A stretch of DNA of 64,000 nucleotides from an uncultured Alphaproteobacteria bacterium. GTDB lineage: Bacteria > Pseudomonadota > Alphaproteobacteria > ATCC43930 > CGMCC-115725. This document shows positions 1 to 10,102 of the stretch, piece after piece; the first letter of the stretch is position 1; each line of letters starts with the position of its first letter. The stretch spans positions 175,629-239,628 of the forward strand of contig CAWGFH010000004.1 of the NCBI GenBank assembly GCA_963821795.1, in the 5' to 3' direction. The notes beneath the pieces were generated by a model. The model saw only the letters and a list, made by a program, of their open reading frames with translations. It ran no database searches and was not told the DNA's origin. Made by a program: the position numbers and the translations under genes.

Positions 1-118
1 CCTCAGCGTCTACGAGGGCGGGCACATGATGTATCTGCGCCCGGCATCGCGCGAAGCCCTAGCTCGGGACGCCGCCCTCCTATACAGCGCACCCGGTCCC
101 GGCGCGCCTTCGCAATGA
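1..118 (+). CDS. 3' terminal fragment of a CDS that starts upstream of the window; family not assignable
   Basis: The frame is open from position 2 to TGA at 116-118 (..LSVYEGGHMMYLRPASREALARDAALLYSAPGPGAPSQ*). The stop overlaps the next ATG (ATGA). Only 38 aa are visible. Confidence 0.35.
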   Translation, partial: LSVYEGGHMMYLRPASREALARDAALLYSAPGPGAPSQ

Positions 119-915
119 AGGCGGCACTGCGGCGAAGTCAGGGAGGGGAAAGCCACGTCCGCCGGACTCGCGGCGAGCGATCGCCGCACGAACGTGCGCT
201 GTTGCGCGTCTGCGGGCTCGCCGCTGTCAATGCGCTGTTCGAAACCGATCCGGGCCGGGTCGAGCGGCTATTTTTCGAGCCTCGGCTGCGTGTCGAGGCG
301 AGCAGGTTCTGCGCGGCGCTGGCAAATGTCCGCAAACCATACCGCGAGGTCGAGGCGGGCGAATTGGCGCGCATCGCCGGCACGATACTCCACGGGGGCA
401 TAGCCGCGATCGCCCATCCCGGACCGCTCGGCATCCTTGATCCGGTGGAGGCATCGGGCTGGGCGCGAGACGGCAAGCCGCTGCTGGTTCTCGACGGCAT
501 CGGCAATCCGCACAATCTCGGCGCGATCGCCCGAACCGCCGCCTTTTTTGGTATCGAGCGGATCGTACTCGCCGAGCGGCCCGACCAGGCTCTTCCATCC
601 GACGCAAGCTATCGCGTGGCAGAAGGAGGGCTCGATCAGCTGACCCTCTATCGGGCGGCGCTGCCGAGAGCCTTGGACTATCTGAGGCCGTCCTACCGCA
701 TCATCGGGACCGCGCCCGGAAACGGGGCGATTTTGGCCGGGCGAGGCATCGGCAGGCCGATGGCGCTGATCCTCGGCAATGAGGAGCAGGGTCTCGCCGC
801 AACGACGCTCGCCGCTTGCGACGAGATCGTAACCATTGCCGGCGGCGGCCGGGTTCAGTCGCTCAATGTCGCGTCGGCGGCGGCAATCCTGATTTACCTC
901 TCGACGCATCGTTGA
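115..915 (+). CDS. SpoU/TrmH-family RNA 2'-O-methyltransferase
   Basis: 266-aa ORF starting at ATG 115. Class IV methyltransferase motifs seen by eye: GNPHNLGAIARTAAFFG, LILGNEEQGL, GGGRVQSLNVASAAAILIY. Confidence 0.85.
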   Translation: MKAALRRSQGGESHVRRTRGERSPHERALLRVCGLAAVNALFETDPGRVERLFFEPRLRVEASRFCAALANVRKPYREVEAGELARIAGTILHGGIAAIAHPGPLGILDPVEASGWARDGKPLLVLDGIGNPHNLGAIARTAAFFGIERIVLAERPDQALPSDASYRVAEGGLDQLTLYRAALPRALDYLRPSYRIIGTAPGNGAILAGRGIGRPMALILGNEEQGLAATTLAACDEIVTIAGGGRVQSLNVASAAAILIYLSTHR

Positions 916-1534
916 CCCTGGAGCGGTCGGGAGGGCGCGCCTCGGCCATCAAGCGCTCGAGAGCCTCCCGGAGAGCCGCTTCGATCTCCGGGCGCCCCTC
1001 GATGCGCCTCAGCAGCAACGCCGCGGCTTCGATCGTCGACAGTGCCTCGCGCCGGGGTTCTCGGCGGACGCGGTTATAATGAGAAGGCCGCTGCGGATCG
1101 AGCACCAGCCGGCGCAATTTGAGCAGCCACGGATTGCGCCACCACAACGACTTGGCCTCGCCCCAGCTGCCGTCGAGCAATATCGCACCGTCGAGATCGC
1201 GCATCATCGCCTCCTGATCGGCTGCTGGTTGGCCGCGGCGATCAAGGGCGATGGCATCGGCGGACAAGCCGAACGTGCGCGGGTGCACCGAACCGAGGTA
1301 GAGCACCGCCCAGCGCTGCGGATCGACCGGTCGGCCGAGCGCCTGCGCCAAATTGGGCCAGGAAAGGCCGACCACCAGTTTCGCACGCCGCAGCAGGGCT
1401 ACCGTCAGGCTCGCCGTCGCCAGCGTTTCCTTCTTTTCGCGCGGATGCTGAAGGATCAGGATGAAGAGACGGTTGTCGATCGCTTCGCCGCCGTCCATTT
1501 CGCTCTCAGTTTCCCTGCCCGTGGCACCGCTCAC
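863..1534 (-). CDS. DTW-domain protein (tRNA-uridine aminocarboxypropyltransferase-like)
   Basis: 223-aa ORF with LILQHPREKKE and DGSWGEAKSLWWRNPWL (DTW-type motif). Start is uncertain: GTG at 1534 or ATG at 1498. The 3' end overlaps the convergent trmH-like gene by about 50 nt. Confidence 0.7.
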   Translation of the reverse strand: MSGATGRETESEMDGGEAIDNRLFILILQHPREKKETLATASLTVALLRRAKLVVGLSWPNLAQALGRPVDPQRWAVLYLGSVHPRTFGLSADAIALDRRGQPAADQEAMMRDLDGAILLDGSWGEAKSLWWRNPWLLKLRRLVLDPQRPSHYNRVRREPRREALSTIEAAALLLRRIEGRPEIEAALREALERLMAEARPPDRSRVNDASRGKSGLPPPTRH

Positions 1535-1655
1535 AAACGCTTGGGATTAACCCGGTGCACCGAACGTTAGCATGACTGGCCACAAATTCGCCGGATGAAG
1601 CGCCATTGCAATAGATCTTGTCGCGAGGCCACCGGAGCACATAGTCGAGGCGTTT

Positions 1656-2528
1656 ATGTACAAGCGCGTCCGCAAAGCCGTTTTCCCCGTCGCCGGCCTT
1701 GGGACCCGGTTTCTTCCGGCAACCAAGGCAATGCCTAAGGAAATGCTGCCGATTGTCGACAAACCGCTGATCCATTACGCGGTCGAGGAAGCGAAGGCCG
1801 CCGGCATCGAGCAATTCTTTTTCGTCACCGGCCGGGCAAAAAGCGCGATAGAGGACCATTTCGATCTCGCCTTCGAGCTCGAAGCGACCTTGCGTGAGCG
1901 CGGCAGGACGGACCAGCTTGAAGAGCTCGAGGCCGGCCTGCCCGAACCTGGCCAAATCGCCTATACCCGTCAGCAAATGCCGCTCGGCTTGGGCCATGCC
2001 GTTTGGTGCGCGCGCGGGCTGGTCGGCGATGAGCCATTTGCCGTGTTGCTCGCCGACGATCTGATGGTCTGTGAGACGCCCTGCCTGGCGCAGATGGTCG
2101 AGGCCTATGAAGAGACCGGAGGCAACTTGGCTGCGGTGATCGAGGTGCCGCGCGAGCAAACCCGGCGCTACGGCGTACTCGATGTCGTCTCTGACGACGG
2201 CCGGCTGGTCCGAGCCCGTGGTGTCGTCGAAAAGCCGGAGCCAGCGGTGGCCCCGTCAACATCGACAATCATCGGGCGCTACATCATTCAGCCCGAGGTT
2301 TTCGTCCATCTCGCCAGCGCCGAGGCAGGGAGCGGCGGGGAAATTCAGTTGACTGACGCGCTTGCCCGGCTGATCGATGACGGTCAGGCCTTTCATGGCT
2401 ACCGCTTCTCAGGCAAGCGCTTCGATTGCGGCGATAAGCTCGGCTTTCTTGAAGCGACAATTGCGCTGGGCTTGCGGCACCCCGAACTCGGGTTGAAGCT
2501 GCGCAAGGTTCTGACCTCCTACCTGTAG
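1656..2528 (+). CDS. galU: UTP--glucose-1-phosphate uridylyltransferase
   Basis: 290 aa, ATG at 1656. N-terminus KAVFPVAGLGTRFLPATKAMPKEMLPIVDKPLIHYAVEEA is the canonical GalU signature. Confidence 0.9.
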   Translation: MYKRVRKAVFPVAGLGTRFLPATKAMPKEMLPIVDKPLIHYAVEEAKAAGIEQFFFVTGRAKSAIEDHFDLAFELEATLRERGRTDQLEELEAGLPEPGQIAYTRQQMPLGLGHAVWCARGLVGDEPFAVLLADDLMVCETPCLAQMVEAYEETGGNLAAVIEVPREQTRRYGVLDVVSDDGRLVRARGVVEKPEPAVAPSTSTIIGRYIIQPEVFVHLASAEAGSGGEIQLTDALARLIDDGQAFHGYRFSGKRFDCGDKLGFLEATIALGLRHPELGLKLRKVLTSYL

Positions 2529-2540
2529 CGGAAGACGCCG

Positions 2541-3919
2541 ATGCCCCATCGCTTCGATCCGACGATCCTGCGCGAATACGACATTCGCGGCATCGTCGGG
2601 CAGACCTTGTCAGCCGCCGACGCTCAGGCGATCGGCCGCAGCTTCGCGTTGACCCTCGCTGCAGCCGGCGGCAACCGTGTCGCCGTCGGCTATGACGGAA
2701 GGCTAACCTCCCCGAGCTCGAGGCCGCGCTGGTCGAAGGTCTCACGGTGGAGGGAGCCGATGTCGCGCGCATCGGCAGAGGACCGACGCCGATGCTCTAC
2801 TACGCGGCGGCCACACAGGGCGTCGATGGCGGCATCATGGTGACCGGGTCGCACAACCCGCCCGATTATAATGGCTTCAAATTCGTGTTTGGCGGCAGTC
2901 CGTTTTACGGAGAGGCGATCCGCGCACTCGGCGACACGGCGCTCAAGCTCGGCATCCCGCAAGCTCGGCGCGGTCGCACCGAAGAACACCCGATCCGCGA
3001 CGCCTATGTCGAGAGGGTGCTGCGCGATTATGACGGGTCACGCCCGCTGGCGGTCGCCTGGGACCCCGGAAACGGCGCCACCTGTGAGGTTGTAGAGCAG
3101 CTGACGGCGAGGCTGCCGGGCCGCCATATTCTGCTGAACGCCGTGATCGACGGTAATTTTCCCGCACATCATCCCGACCCGACCGTACCAGAAAATCTTG
3201 TTCAGCTGCAGGAAGCGGTGGCCCGAGAGCACTGCGACCTCGGCATCGCCTTTGACGGCGACGGCGATCGCATCGGAGTCATTGATGCGCGCGGAAACAT
3301 CTGGTGGGGCGATCAGCTGATGGTCGTTTTGGCGCGCGACGTGCTAACTCGGCATCCTGGGGCGCCGATCCTCGCCGATGTCAAAGCGAGCCAAGTCTTG
3401 TTTGACGAGATCGCGCGGATGGGGGGCCGCCCGGTGATGACCCCCACCGGGCATTCGCCAATCAAGGCGAAGCTCGCCGAGACCAGGGCGCCACTGGCCG
3501 GCGAAATGAGCGGGCACATCTTTTACTCGGACGGTTATTACGGCTTTGATGACGCGGTCTATGTCGCGGTGCGGCTGCTCGGCATCCTGGGGCGCTCATC
3601 GGAAAGCCTGGTTTCTATGAGGGAGCGGCTGCCGCAGGTCGTAAACACTCCGGAGTTGCGCTTCCCTTGCGGCGAGGCGCGAAAGTTCGAGGTCGTCCGC
3701 GAGGTCGGTGAGCGGCTGCGTCAAGCCGCAGCCGAAATGACCGAGATCGATGGTGTGCGGGTGCGCACCGCCGACGGCTGGTGGCTGCTGCGCGCTTCAA
3801 ACACGCAAGACGTGCTGGTCGCCCGTGCCAAATCAACCACCGCGGACGGTCTGGTGCGTCTTAAGAACGAGCTTTCCGCTCAACTTGCGGCCAGCAACGT
3901 TGCCCTGCCGGCTGCTTAA
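2541..3919 (+). pseudogene. Phosphomannomutase/phosphoglucomutase, reading frame broken once (1-nt deletion in C-run 2710-2713)
   Basis: ORF 2541-2843 gives the N-terminus ([20 protein letters not shown]). ORF 2747-3919 in the -1 frame continues with [10 protein letters not shown].. and the active-site [14 protein letters not shown]. Total length is 1379 nt (3n-1), consistent with one missing base. Confidence 0.85.
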
Positions 3920-3955
3920 GCTGCGTACCCCGCCGACCCCGCGTCCTTTTGCGTG

Positions 3956-5371
3956 CTAACGAGCGGCCGCAACTCTGAGCGTTGTCGGGGGCACCACCGT
4001 ACATTCCAGTTTCTTCTTGTGGAGCAAGGCGCACGCGGTTTGGGCCTCACGCGGCGTGAAGTTCAGCAGGCGGGCGCGGTAGAGGCGGATCTTCGTCGTC
4101 TTGCCCGGCTCGACGATTTGCATCGGTTTGCCTTTGGCCACAGCTAGGCTCTCTGCCGCGTGTGCGGCATTCTCGGCCGAGACCGGGGCATGAAAAGCGC
4201 CAAGCTGAATGCTCCAGCGGTCGGCCGGCAGCGCCATTGCCGGGTGCGCCGGCTCATGCGGCAACGTCGCCGCCTCGGCTTTGGCGACCGGCGAAAGATT
4301 AGCCGCCAGCCGGGTCGCGGCTTTGCCCAGCAGGCCCGATTTTACCCGCGGCGGCAGCGCCTGCCCAGCCTCGACCTCGGCGGCTGCGAGCGTGGCCGAC
4401 GGTGGCGGCGCCTCGCGCCGCGCGGTCATCGTCACCGGGGCTACGCCGAGATCTTGAAAGCCCTGATCCAGCAGCGACCCCATCTCGCGGTCGCGCGCGC
4501 CTCCCGACCTCCCGCCGAGAACAACGCCGATCAATCGGTGCCCCCCGCGCACCGCCGAAGTGGCAAGGTTGAAGCCCGAAGCCCGAATATATCCGGTTTT
4601 GATCCCGTCGGCACCGGGATACCAGTCGAGCAGGTGATCGTGGCCAACGATCAAATGCCCGCGAAAATAAAATTCGCGAGTCGAAAAATAACGATACTCA
4701 CGCGGGTAGTCGTGGTAAAGCGCCAGAGCAAGCTGGGCGGTGTCGCGCGCAGTCGTATGTTGTTCGGGGTCGGGCAATCCCGAAGCGTTGCGATAGAATG
4801 TACTTCGCATTCCAAGCTGCAGCGCTTTTCTGTTCATTCGGTCGGCAAAGGCCGGTTCGCTGCCGGCCATGCCCTCCGCCAGCACCGCAGCCGCATCGTT
4901 GGCCGAACGGGTGACAATCCCGAGAATCAAATCCTGCACATCGACCAAATCGCCGGGCCTCAGGCCGAGCTTGGTCGGCGACTTGCTCGCCGCCTCGACA
5001 CTGACCGGGAGATACTGATCGAGGTGTAATCGTCCTGCATTCAGCGCCTCGAAGGTCAAATACAACGTCATCATCTTGGTCAACGAAGCCGGATAGGTGA
5101 TGGCGTCGGCGTTGTTTTCAGTCAACACACGCCCGGTATCGGCGTCCAATACAATCGCCTCACTGACCAGAGCCGGTGCCAGCCCGACAGTTCCCAGCCG
5201 GAGATGGTAATGCGCGTGGTGCGTTGCCTGAGCGCCCTCGGCGCCAAAGACGGACACCGCGGCAACGGCAAAGGCGAGTGCGATTCTCTTCGACGTACGG
5301 AACCCGCCCCCACGGGACCCGCCGCGTTCCTGCTGTTTTGCGATTGTCACGACAACCCCCAATTCCCCCAA
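3956..5371 (-). CDS. D-alanyl-D-alanine carboxypeptidase (peptidase S11, PBP5/6 type) with C-terminal SPOR domain
   Basis: 471 aa with a signal-like N-terminus. Motifs: SxxK (ASLTK), SxN (RSANDAA), KTG (GIKTGY). C-terminal segment WSIQLGAFHAPVSAENA..RLYRARLLNF is SPOR-like. Confidence 0.85.
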   Translation of the reverse strand: MGELGVVVTIAKQQERGGSRGGGFRTSKRIALAFAVAAVSVFGAEGAQATHHAHYHLRLGTVGLAPALVSEAIVLDADTGRVLTENNADAITYPASLTKMMTLYLTFEALNAGRLHLDQYLPVSVEAASKSPTKLGLRPGDLVDVQDLILGIVTRSANDAAAVLAEGMAGSEPAFADRMNRKALQLGMRSTFYRNASGLPDPEQHTTARDTAQLALALYHDYPREYRYFSTREFYFRGHLIVGHDHLLDWYPGADGIKTGYIRASGFNLATSAVRGGHRLIGVVLGGRSGGARDREMGSLLDQGFQDLGVAPVTMTARREAPPPSATLAAAEVEAGQALPPRVKSGLLGKAATRLAANLSPVAKAEAATLPHEPAHPAMALPADRWSIQLGAFHAPVSAENAAHAAESLAVAKGKPMQIVEPGKTTKIRLYRARLLNFTPREAQTACALLHKKKLECTVVPPTTLRVAAAR

Positions 5372-5671
5372 GACTACGCGAAATCATTGACCCCGCCCAG
5401 TCATCGCCGAGGACAGTAAAAAGACCGTCCCTCCTTGTCCAGATTTTACCGACGGTCATTTGGCAAATTCGCCGATTACATGCACCCGATTTGCGCTTAT
5501 GCGGATCGTGCGGATGGATCGGTAGCAAGTGTCTCACCCGCTTCGCCAAGTCACGACCCCATCCCGGCCAGATTTTGTGCGCCGCACCATTTCTGTTGCA
5601 AGCCGACGGAGAGAGGGTTAGGCTATCTTTTGTGCGACGCAACAGGACGGCTCGGGAGTGAGGAATACCTG

Positions 5672-6175
5672 ATGGAAACCAAGGGTAAACGCATTGCCCG
5701 CGTCGTGCGATCGCCTGTTATCCCAATCCCGGAAGAGGGGCCGGCCGAAGCGCCGATCCAGGTTCTACCGCCCGAATTAGTGAAAACTGCCGAGATGCCT
5801 CAGCCGCCGGAAGTAGTTGTGGAACGTGTCTCGGCGGAGGCGCCAGCAATCGCCTCACTGCATCGCGAACCAGCTGATCCTGGCTGTGACCCGTTTGCCG
5901 CAATCGAGGAAGCGCGCACCGCAATGGCGCGCGGATTCCACGCGCTGAGCGATGAAGTCGTGGACTTGGCGCGCTGTGGCATTGACACCTCCGCGCACAC
6001 CGCTATCGAGATGCTTTCGGTGAAGACGTTTTCGGACGTGATCACGGTCAACGCCGGTTTTGCGCGCGCCAGTTTTGGCAATTGGCTCGATGGTTCTGCC
6101 AAATTCTGCGAACTCGGCGTTAAGCTCGCCGTCGAGACGGCGCAGCCCTTCCTTGCGCGTCTGAGCAAGAGCTGA
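5672..6175 (+). CDS. Phasin-family (PHA granule-associated) protein
   Basis: ATG at 5672 is preceded by GGGAGTGAGG. The C-terminal part (TAIEMLSVKTFSDVITVNAGFARASFGNWLDGSAKFCELGVKLAVETAQPF) resembles phasin domains. The upstream extension of the tracked ORF (TTG 5435) looks non-coding. Confidence 0.55.
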   Translation: METKGKRIARVVRSPVIPIPEEGPAEAPIQVLPPELVKTAEMPQPPEVVVERVSAEAPAIASLHREPADPGCDPFAAIEEARTAMARGFHALSDEVVDLARCGIDTSAHTAIEMLSVKTFSDVITVNAGFARASFGNWLDGSAKFCELGVKLAVETAQPFLARLSKS

Positions 6176-6467
6176 AGCCTCGCACTTGCGCAATCCCCTG
6201 GTCCGCGCGGCGCGGGAAAAATCATCGCTTCACTTCGATACCAGAGTTTGCCCGACAATAGATCATCCCGCGAGTGGGTTGGTTCGGTCCGCTAATTGCA
6301 ATTTGACGTCGGCGCGTTCCACTCGGCGAGAGAACCGCCAAGTCTCTCCAGTGCTAAATCTTGCGATTTTGGATCGGGTAGCCCTCTGCAGGAACTCAGA
6401 TCCTATGAGTGTGCGGGAGTCGCCTGCGAATGGCGCGAGCTGTTTTGAGATTGATCACAAAGAACAT

Positions 6468-7199
6468 CTATAAACCTAGGTAGAATTTGCGGACGAGTTC
6501 GTTGTTGTTGAGAGCTTCGGCGGACTCGCCTTCGAAGGCGATCTTGCCATGAACGATGACATAGCCACGATCGGCAATATGGACGGCCTGGTTAAAGTTC
6601 TGCTCGGCCATCAGCACGGTGAGCCGATAGCGCTCCTTTAATTCCTGGATCTTCTCGATCGTTCGCCTGACCAATAGCGGAGCGAGGCCGACCGAGGGCT
6701 CGTCGATCAGCAGGATCTTTGGTGCCGACATCAGCGCCCGCGCCAAGGCGAGCATCTGCTGTTCGCCGCCGCTCATGCTGCCGGCGAGCTGACGCCGCCG
6801 TTCGCGGAGCACAGGAAAGGTCGCATAGCAGGAGTCGAGGTTGACGCCGATTTCGGCACGCGCGGTCGGGCGGAAGGCGCCCAGCAGCAAGTTTTCCTCC
6901 ACCGTCAGCTTAGGAAACAGCCGCCTTCCCTCGGGGACTAGAGTGATGCCGAGATCGACGATCTCCTCGGTCGATCGGCCCACGAGATCATGCCGTTCGC
7001 CATCGATCTCGGCGACGATGCTGCCCGTCATCGGCGCCACGATGCCCATGACGCATTTCATCAGGGTGCTCTTGCCGTTGCCGTTGGTGCCGAGCAGCAC
7101 CACGGTCTCGCCCGCCGCGACCTCGAGCGACACGCCTTCAAGGACACGCACCGCGCCATAGCCGGCGTCGATTCCGGAGATTTTGAGGCTACTCGCCAA
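6468..7199 (-). CDS. livF: Branched-chain amino acid ABC transporter ATP-binding protein (LivF type)
   Basis: 243 aa with Walker A GTNGNGKST, signature MSGGEQQML, Walker B LLLIDEPS and the terminal motif VRKFYLG. Confidence 0.85.
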   Translation of the reverse strand: MASSLKISGIDAGYGAVRVLEGVSLEVAAGETVVLLGTNGNGKSTLMKCVMGIVAPMTGSIVAEIDGERHDLVGRSTEEIVDLGITLVPEGRRLFPKLTVEENLLLGAFRPTARAEIGVNLDSCYATFPVLRERRRQLAGSMSGGEQQMLALARALMSAPKILLIDEPSVGLAPLLVRRTIEKIQELKERYRLTVLMAEQNFNQAVHIADRGYVIVHGKIAFEGESAEALNNNELVRKFYLGL

Positions 7200-7935
7200 G
7201 ATAGGCCCTCTCCACCTCGGGGTTGCGGATCGTCTCGTCCGGTGCTCCGTCGGCGATCTTTTGCCCGGCCACCAGCACGACCAGCCGAGTCGAAAAGCTC
7301 ATGACTGCGCGCATGATGTGCTCGATCAAGACGATCGTGATGCCGGCTTCGTTGAGACGAAACAGCACGGCGAGGATCTCTTCGACCTCGGAGGGCGACA
7401 ACCCGGCCATCAACTCGTCGGCGAACAGGAGCCGCGGCGCGCTCGCCACGGCGCGCGCCAGTTCAAGCTTGCGCATCTCGACTTGGGTCAAGTCGCGCGG
7501 CAGCCGGCGCGCCTTGTCGGCAAGGCTAACATCGTCGAGAAGCTGCAGGCAGCGCTCTTCGATTTGGCGAGCCGGGAGATGCGCGCCGGCGCGGGCACTG
7601 ACCGTGTAGAGCAGCGGAATGCGCAGATTGTCGACGAGGCTCATCGTCCGGAACGGCCTCGGCAGCTGAAAGCTGCGGGCGAGCCCGAGCCGGGTGCGCT
7701 TATAGGCAGGCGCACCGTCGACCCGGCGGCCATCCAACGTGATCGTGCCGCCATCGTGGCGCAGCGTGCCGCAAAGGCAATTGACCAAGGTGCTCTTGCC
7801 CGAGCCGTTGGGGCCGATCAGCCCTACCCTTTCGCCCTCGGCGATAGCGAGATCTATGTGATCGAGCGCGACAAACCCACCGAAGCGCTTGCCGAGCCCG
7901 CTGGCTTCGAGCAGTGGTGGAGCCGATCCGGCCAT
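7189..7935 (-). CDS. livG: Branched-chain amino acid ABC transporter ATP-binding protein (LivG type)
   Basis: 248 aa with GPNGSGKST and LLFADELMAGL. Overlaps both neighbouring genes in operon fashion. Confidence 0.85.
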   Translation of the reverse strand: MAGSAPPLLEASGLGKRFGGFVALDHIDLAIAEGERVGLIGPNGSGKSTLVNCLCGTLRHDGGTITLDGRRVDGAPAYKRTRLGLARSFQLPRPFRTMSLVDNLRIPLLYTVSARAGAHLPARQIEERCLQLLDDVSLADKARRLPRDLTQVEMRKLELARAVASAPRLLFADELMAGLSPSEVEEILAVLFRLNEAGITIVLIEHIMRAVMSFSTRLVVLVAGQKIADGAPDETIRNPEVERAYLGE

Positions 7936-8885
7936 TACCGCTCCCTGGCGCGGCGCGCCTGTACCAGACCCACGATCCCGTTGGGTGCGACGATAACGAA
8001 GGCGATCAACAGCAACCCGACAATCAACAGGTTCAGCGCCGAGGAGATCGTAACCGTCGCTACCTGCTGGATCGTGCCGAGCAGGACCGCGCCGATGATC
8101 GGCCCGACCCAGCTGGTCATGCCACCGATCAACGGCATCGCCACGCTGTTGACCGCGTAGGATAGGTTAAAGCTGGAGGTTGGGTCGAGATAGGTCACGT
8201 AATAGGGCAACGGCGCCCCGGACATGCCCATCAGAGCACCGCTGAGGGTGGTGGCGATCAGCTTGAGCCGCAAAGTCGGCACTCCGCTCGCCTCGGCTGC
8301 CTGCTCGTCGTCGCGAATCGCGGCCAGACCGAGCCCAAGCCGCGAGCGCTCGATCGTGCGGGCGATCGCCACCGAAACCCAGCTCAGGATCAGCATCAGC
8401 GAATATAGGTACTGGATATAGCTGCCGTGGATCGGCGATTGCTGCGGGCGGATGATGTAGATGCCGCGCGAGCCGCCGACAAAATCCCAATTGACGATCA
8501 AGGTCTGGGCCACGATGGCCAAGGCCAGGGTCGCGATGGCAAAAAATACCCCTTTCAGCCGCAAGGTCAAATAGCCCATACCGAAACCGAGGAGCCCCGA
8601 GACCAGCCCCCCGACCAGGATCATCACTGGGATCGGAACCGAAGTCAGCTTGTGCAGTACTACCGAGCTGTAGGCGCCGAAGGCGAAAAACGCGCCGGTG
8701 CCGAAATTGGTGTAGCCGGTATAGCCGCCAAGGATATTCCATGCGGTCGCCAGCACGACATACTGCAGAACCACATAGCCGGCGAAGTAGAAATACTCGT
8801 TCTGCACCTGCCAGCGCGTCAGCAACAGCAGCGCTGCGGCGGCGAGAAACGACACCAGCCAAAATTTCCCGGCGCTCATCGCCAT
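7935..8885 (-). CDS. livM: Branched-chain amino acid ABC transporter permease (LivM type)
   Basis: 316-aa polytopic membrane protein with the motif IRDDEQAAEASGV typical of LivM. Confidence 0.85.
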   Translation of the reverse strand: MAMSAGKFWLVSFLAAAALLLLTRWQVQNEYFYFAGYVVLQYVVLATAWNILGGYTGYTNFGTGAFFAFGAYSSVVLHKLTSVPIPVMILVGGLVSGLLGFGMGYLTLRLKGVFFAIATLALAIVAQTLIVNWDFVGGSRGIYIIRPQQSPIHGSYIQYLYSLMLILSWVSVAIARTIERSRLGLGLAAIRDDEQAAEASGVPTLRLKLIATTLSGALMGMSGAPLPYYVTYLDPTSSFNLSYAVNSVAMPLIGGMTSWVGPIIGAVLLGTIQQVATVTISSALNLLIVGLLLIAFVIVAPNGIVGLVQARRARER

Positions 8886-8887
8886 CG

Positions 8888-9763
8888 TCAGCGTCCCAGA
8901 ATGCCTGCGGGGCGCACGGCGAGGGTAAGCAGCAGAAAGCCGAAAGCGACCGCGGGCGCCCAGGACGGGCCGTAGAACGTGGCGGTCAGGCTCTCCGCGA
9001 CGCCGATCAGCATTGCCCCGGCGACCATGCCGGGAAAGCTTGTCATCCCGCCTAGGACGCAGATCGCGAATATCCGCCCGATATAGTCGCGGCCGATCGA
9101 GGGCTCGACCGGCTGAATAATGATCAACAACGCGCCGGCCACCGAAGCGGTCGCGATCGAGATGCCAAAGGCAATCCGTTTGACCCGGCTTGGATTGGCC
9201 GCCATCAACTGCAACGCCAGCCGGTCTTGCGACACCGCGAGGATGGCCCGTCCGATGAAGCTGCGCCCGAGAAACACTTGCAGCAATGCAACCATCAACA
9301 GAGATACGACGAACGGGATCAGCATGCGCAACGGCAGGTCGACGAAGCCGAAATGCAGGCTGGGACCGATATAACGCGCTTCGACAAAGCGATAATCAAC
9401 GCCAAAGGTCAGGATCAGCGCCACTTCGCCGACAAACAACAGGCCAAAGAAAAAAGCGAGGCCTTGTATCAACTCCTCGCCACGACGCTCGAAGGCATAA
9501 TAATAGATTTGATAAACGGCCATCCCCAACAGAAAAAACAGCGGGGTCATCGCCACGCCGATCAGCACCGGGTCGAGCCCGAAGCTCGAATTGATCGCAT
9601 AGGCGACAAACGACCCGAGCATGATAAAGGCCGGGTGAGCTATGTTGACGATATCGAGCATGCCGAAGGAGATCGTCACCCCGACTGTGACCGCGGCATA
9701 AAGGCCGCCGAGCAGCAGTCCGGCGATAATCGCGTTGACCGCAAGATCGAGCGAAATTTCCAC
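8888..9763 (-). CDS. livH: Branched-chain amino acid ABC transporter permease (LivH type)
   Basis: 291-aa polytopic protein, first gene of the H-M-G-F operon on the minus strand. No binding-protein gene is adjacent. Confidence 0.85.
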   Translation of the reverse strand: MEISLDLAVNAIIAGLLLGGLYAAVTVGVTISFGMLDIVNIAHPAFIMLGSFVAYAINSSFGLDPVLIGVAMTPLFFLLGMAVYQIYYYAFERRGEELIQGLAFFFGLLFVGEVALILTFGVDYRFVEARYIGPSLHFGFVDLPLRMLIPFVVSLLMVALLQVFLGRSFIGRAILAVSQDRLALQLMAANPSRVKRIAFGISIATASVAGALLIIIQPVEPSIGRDYIGRIFAICVLGGMTSFPGMVAGAMLIGVAESLTATFYGPSWAPAVAFGFLLLTLAVRPAGILGR

Positions 9764-10102
9764 GGTCGCTCAGCGCTCCAGCCAAGCTTTGGCCGGCGTG
9801 CACCCGCCATCGGTGCGCAATCTCAGCATTTCCAACCCTTCACCGACCGTTTTCTACTGCTGCCTCTTTAGAGTAGCGCGACCGGTCTATCAACTACGGC
9901 TGAGCGCCGGGAGCATCGTTATGAAATTTGTCGAACGCCTCGAGCACCGCGGAGCCGCCGCCGCGTCGCCATGCCGCATTTTGCGCGGCCTCTCAAAATT
10001 GTAGCCAAACTGCGCGTCTGTCAGAAACAAAATCAAGATAATCGGCCAAAGGCCGGAGTATTCCTTGCTCAGGGGCCGCCTTCCAGAAGGAAGCAGAAAG
10101 TC

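Noticed and set aside
5435-5671. N-terminal 79-codon extension of the phasin ORF (TTG start)
   Set aside because: The translation is Cys/His/Pro-rich and unlike phasins. A good ATG with a Shine-Dalgarno sequence lies at 5672.
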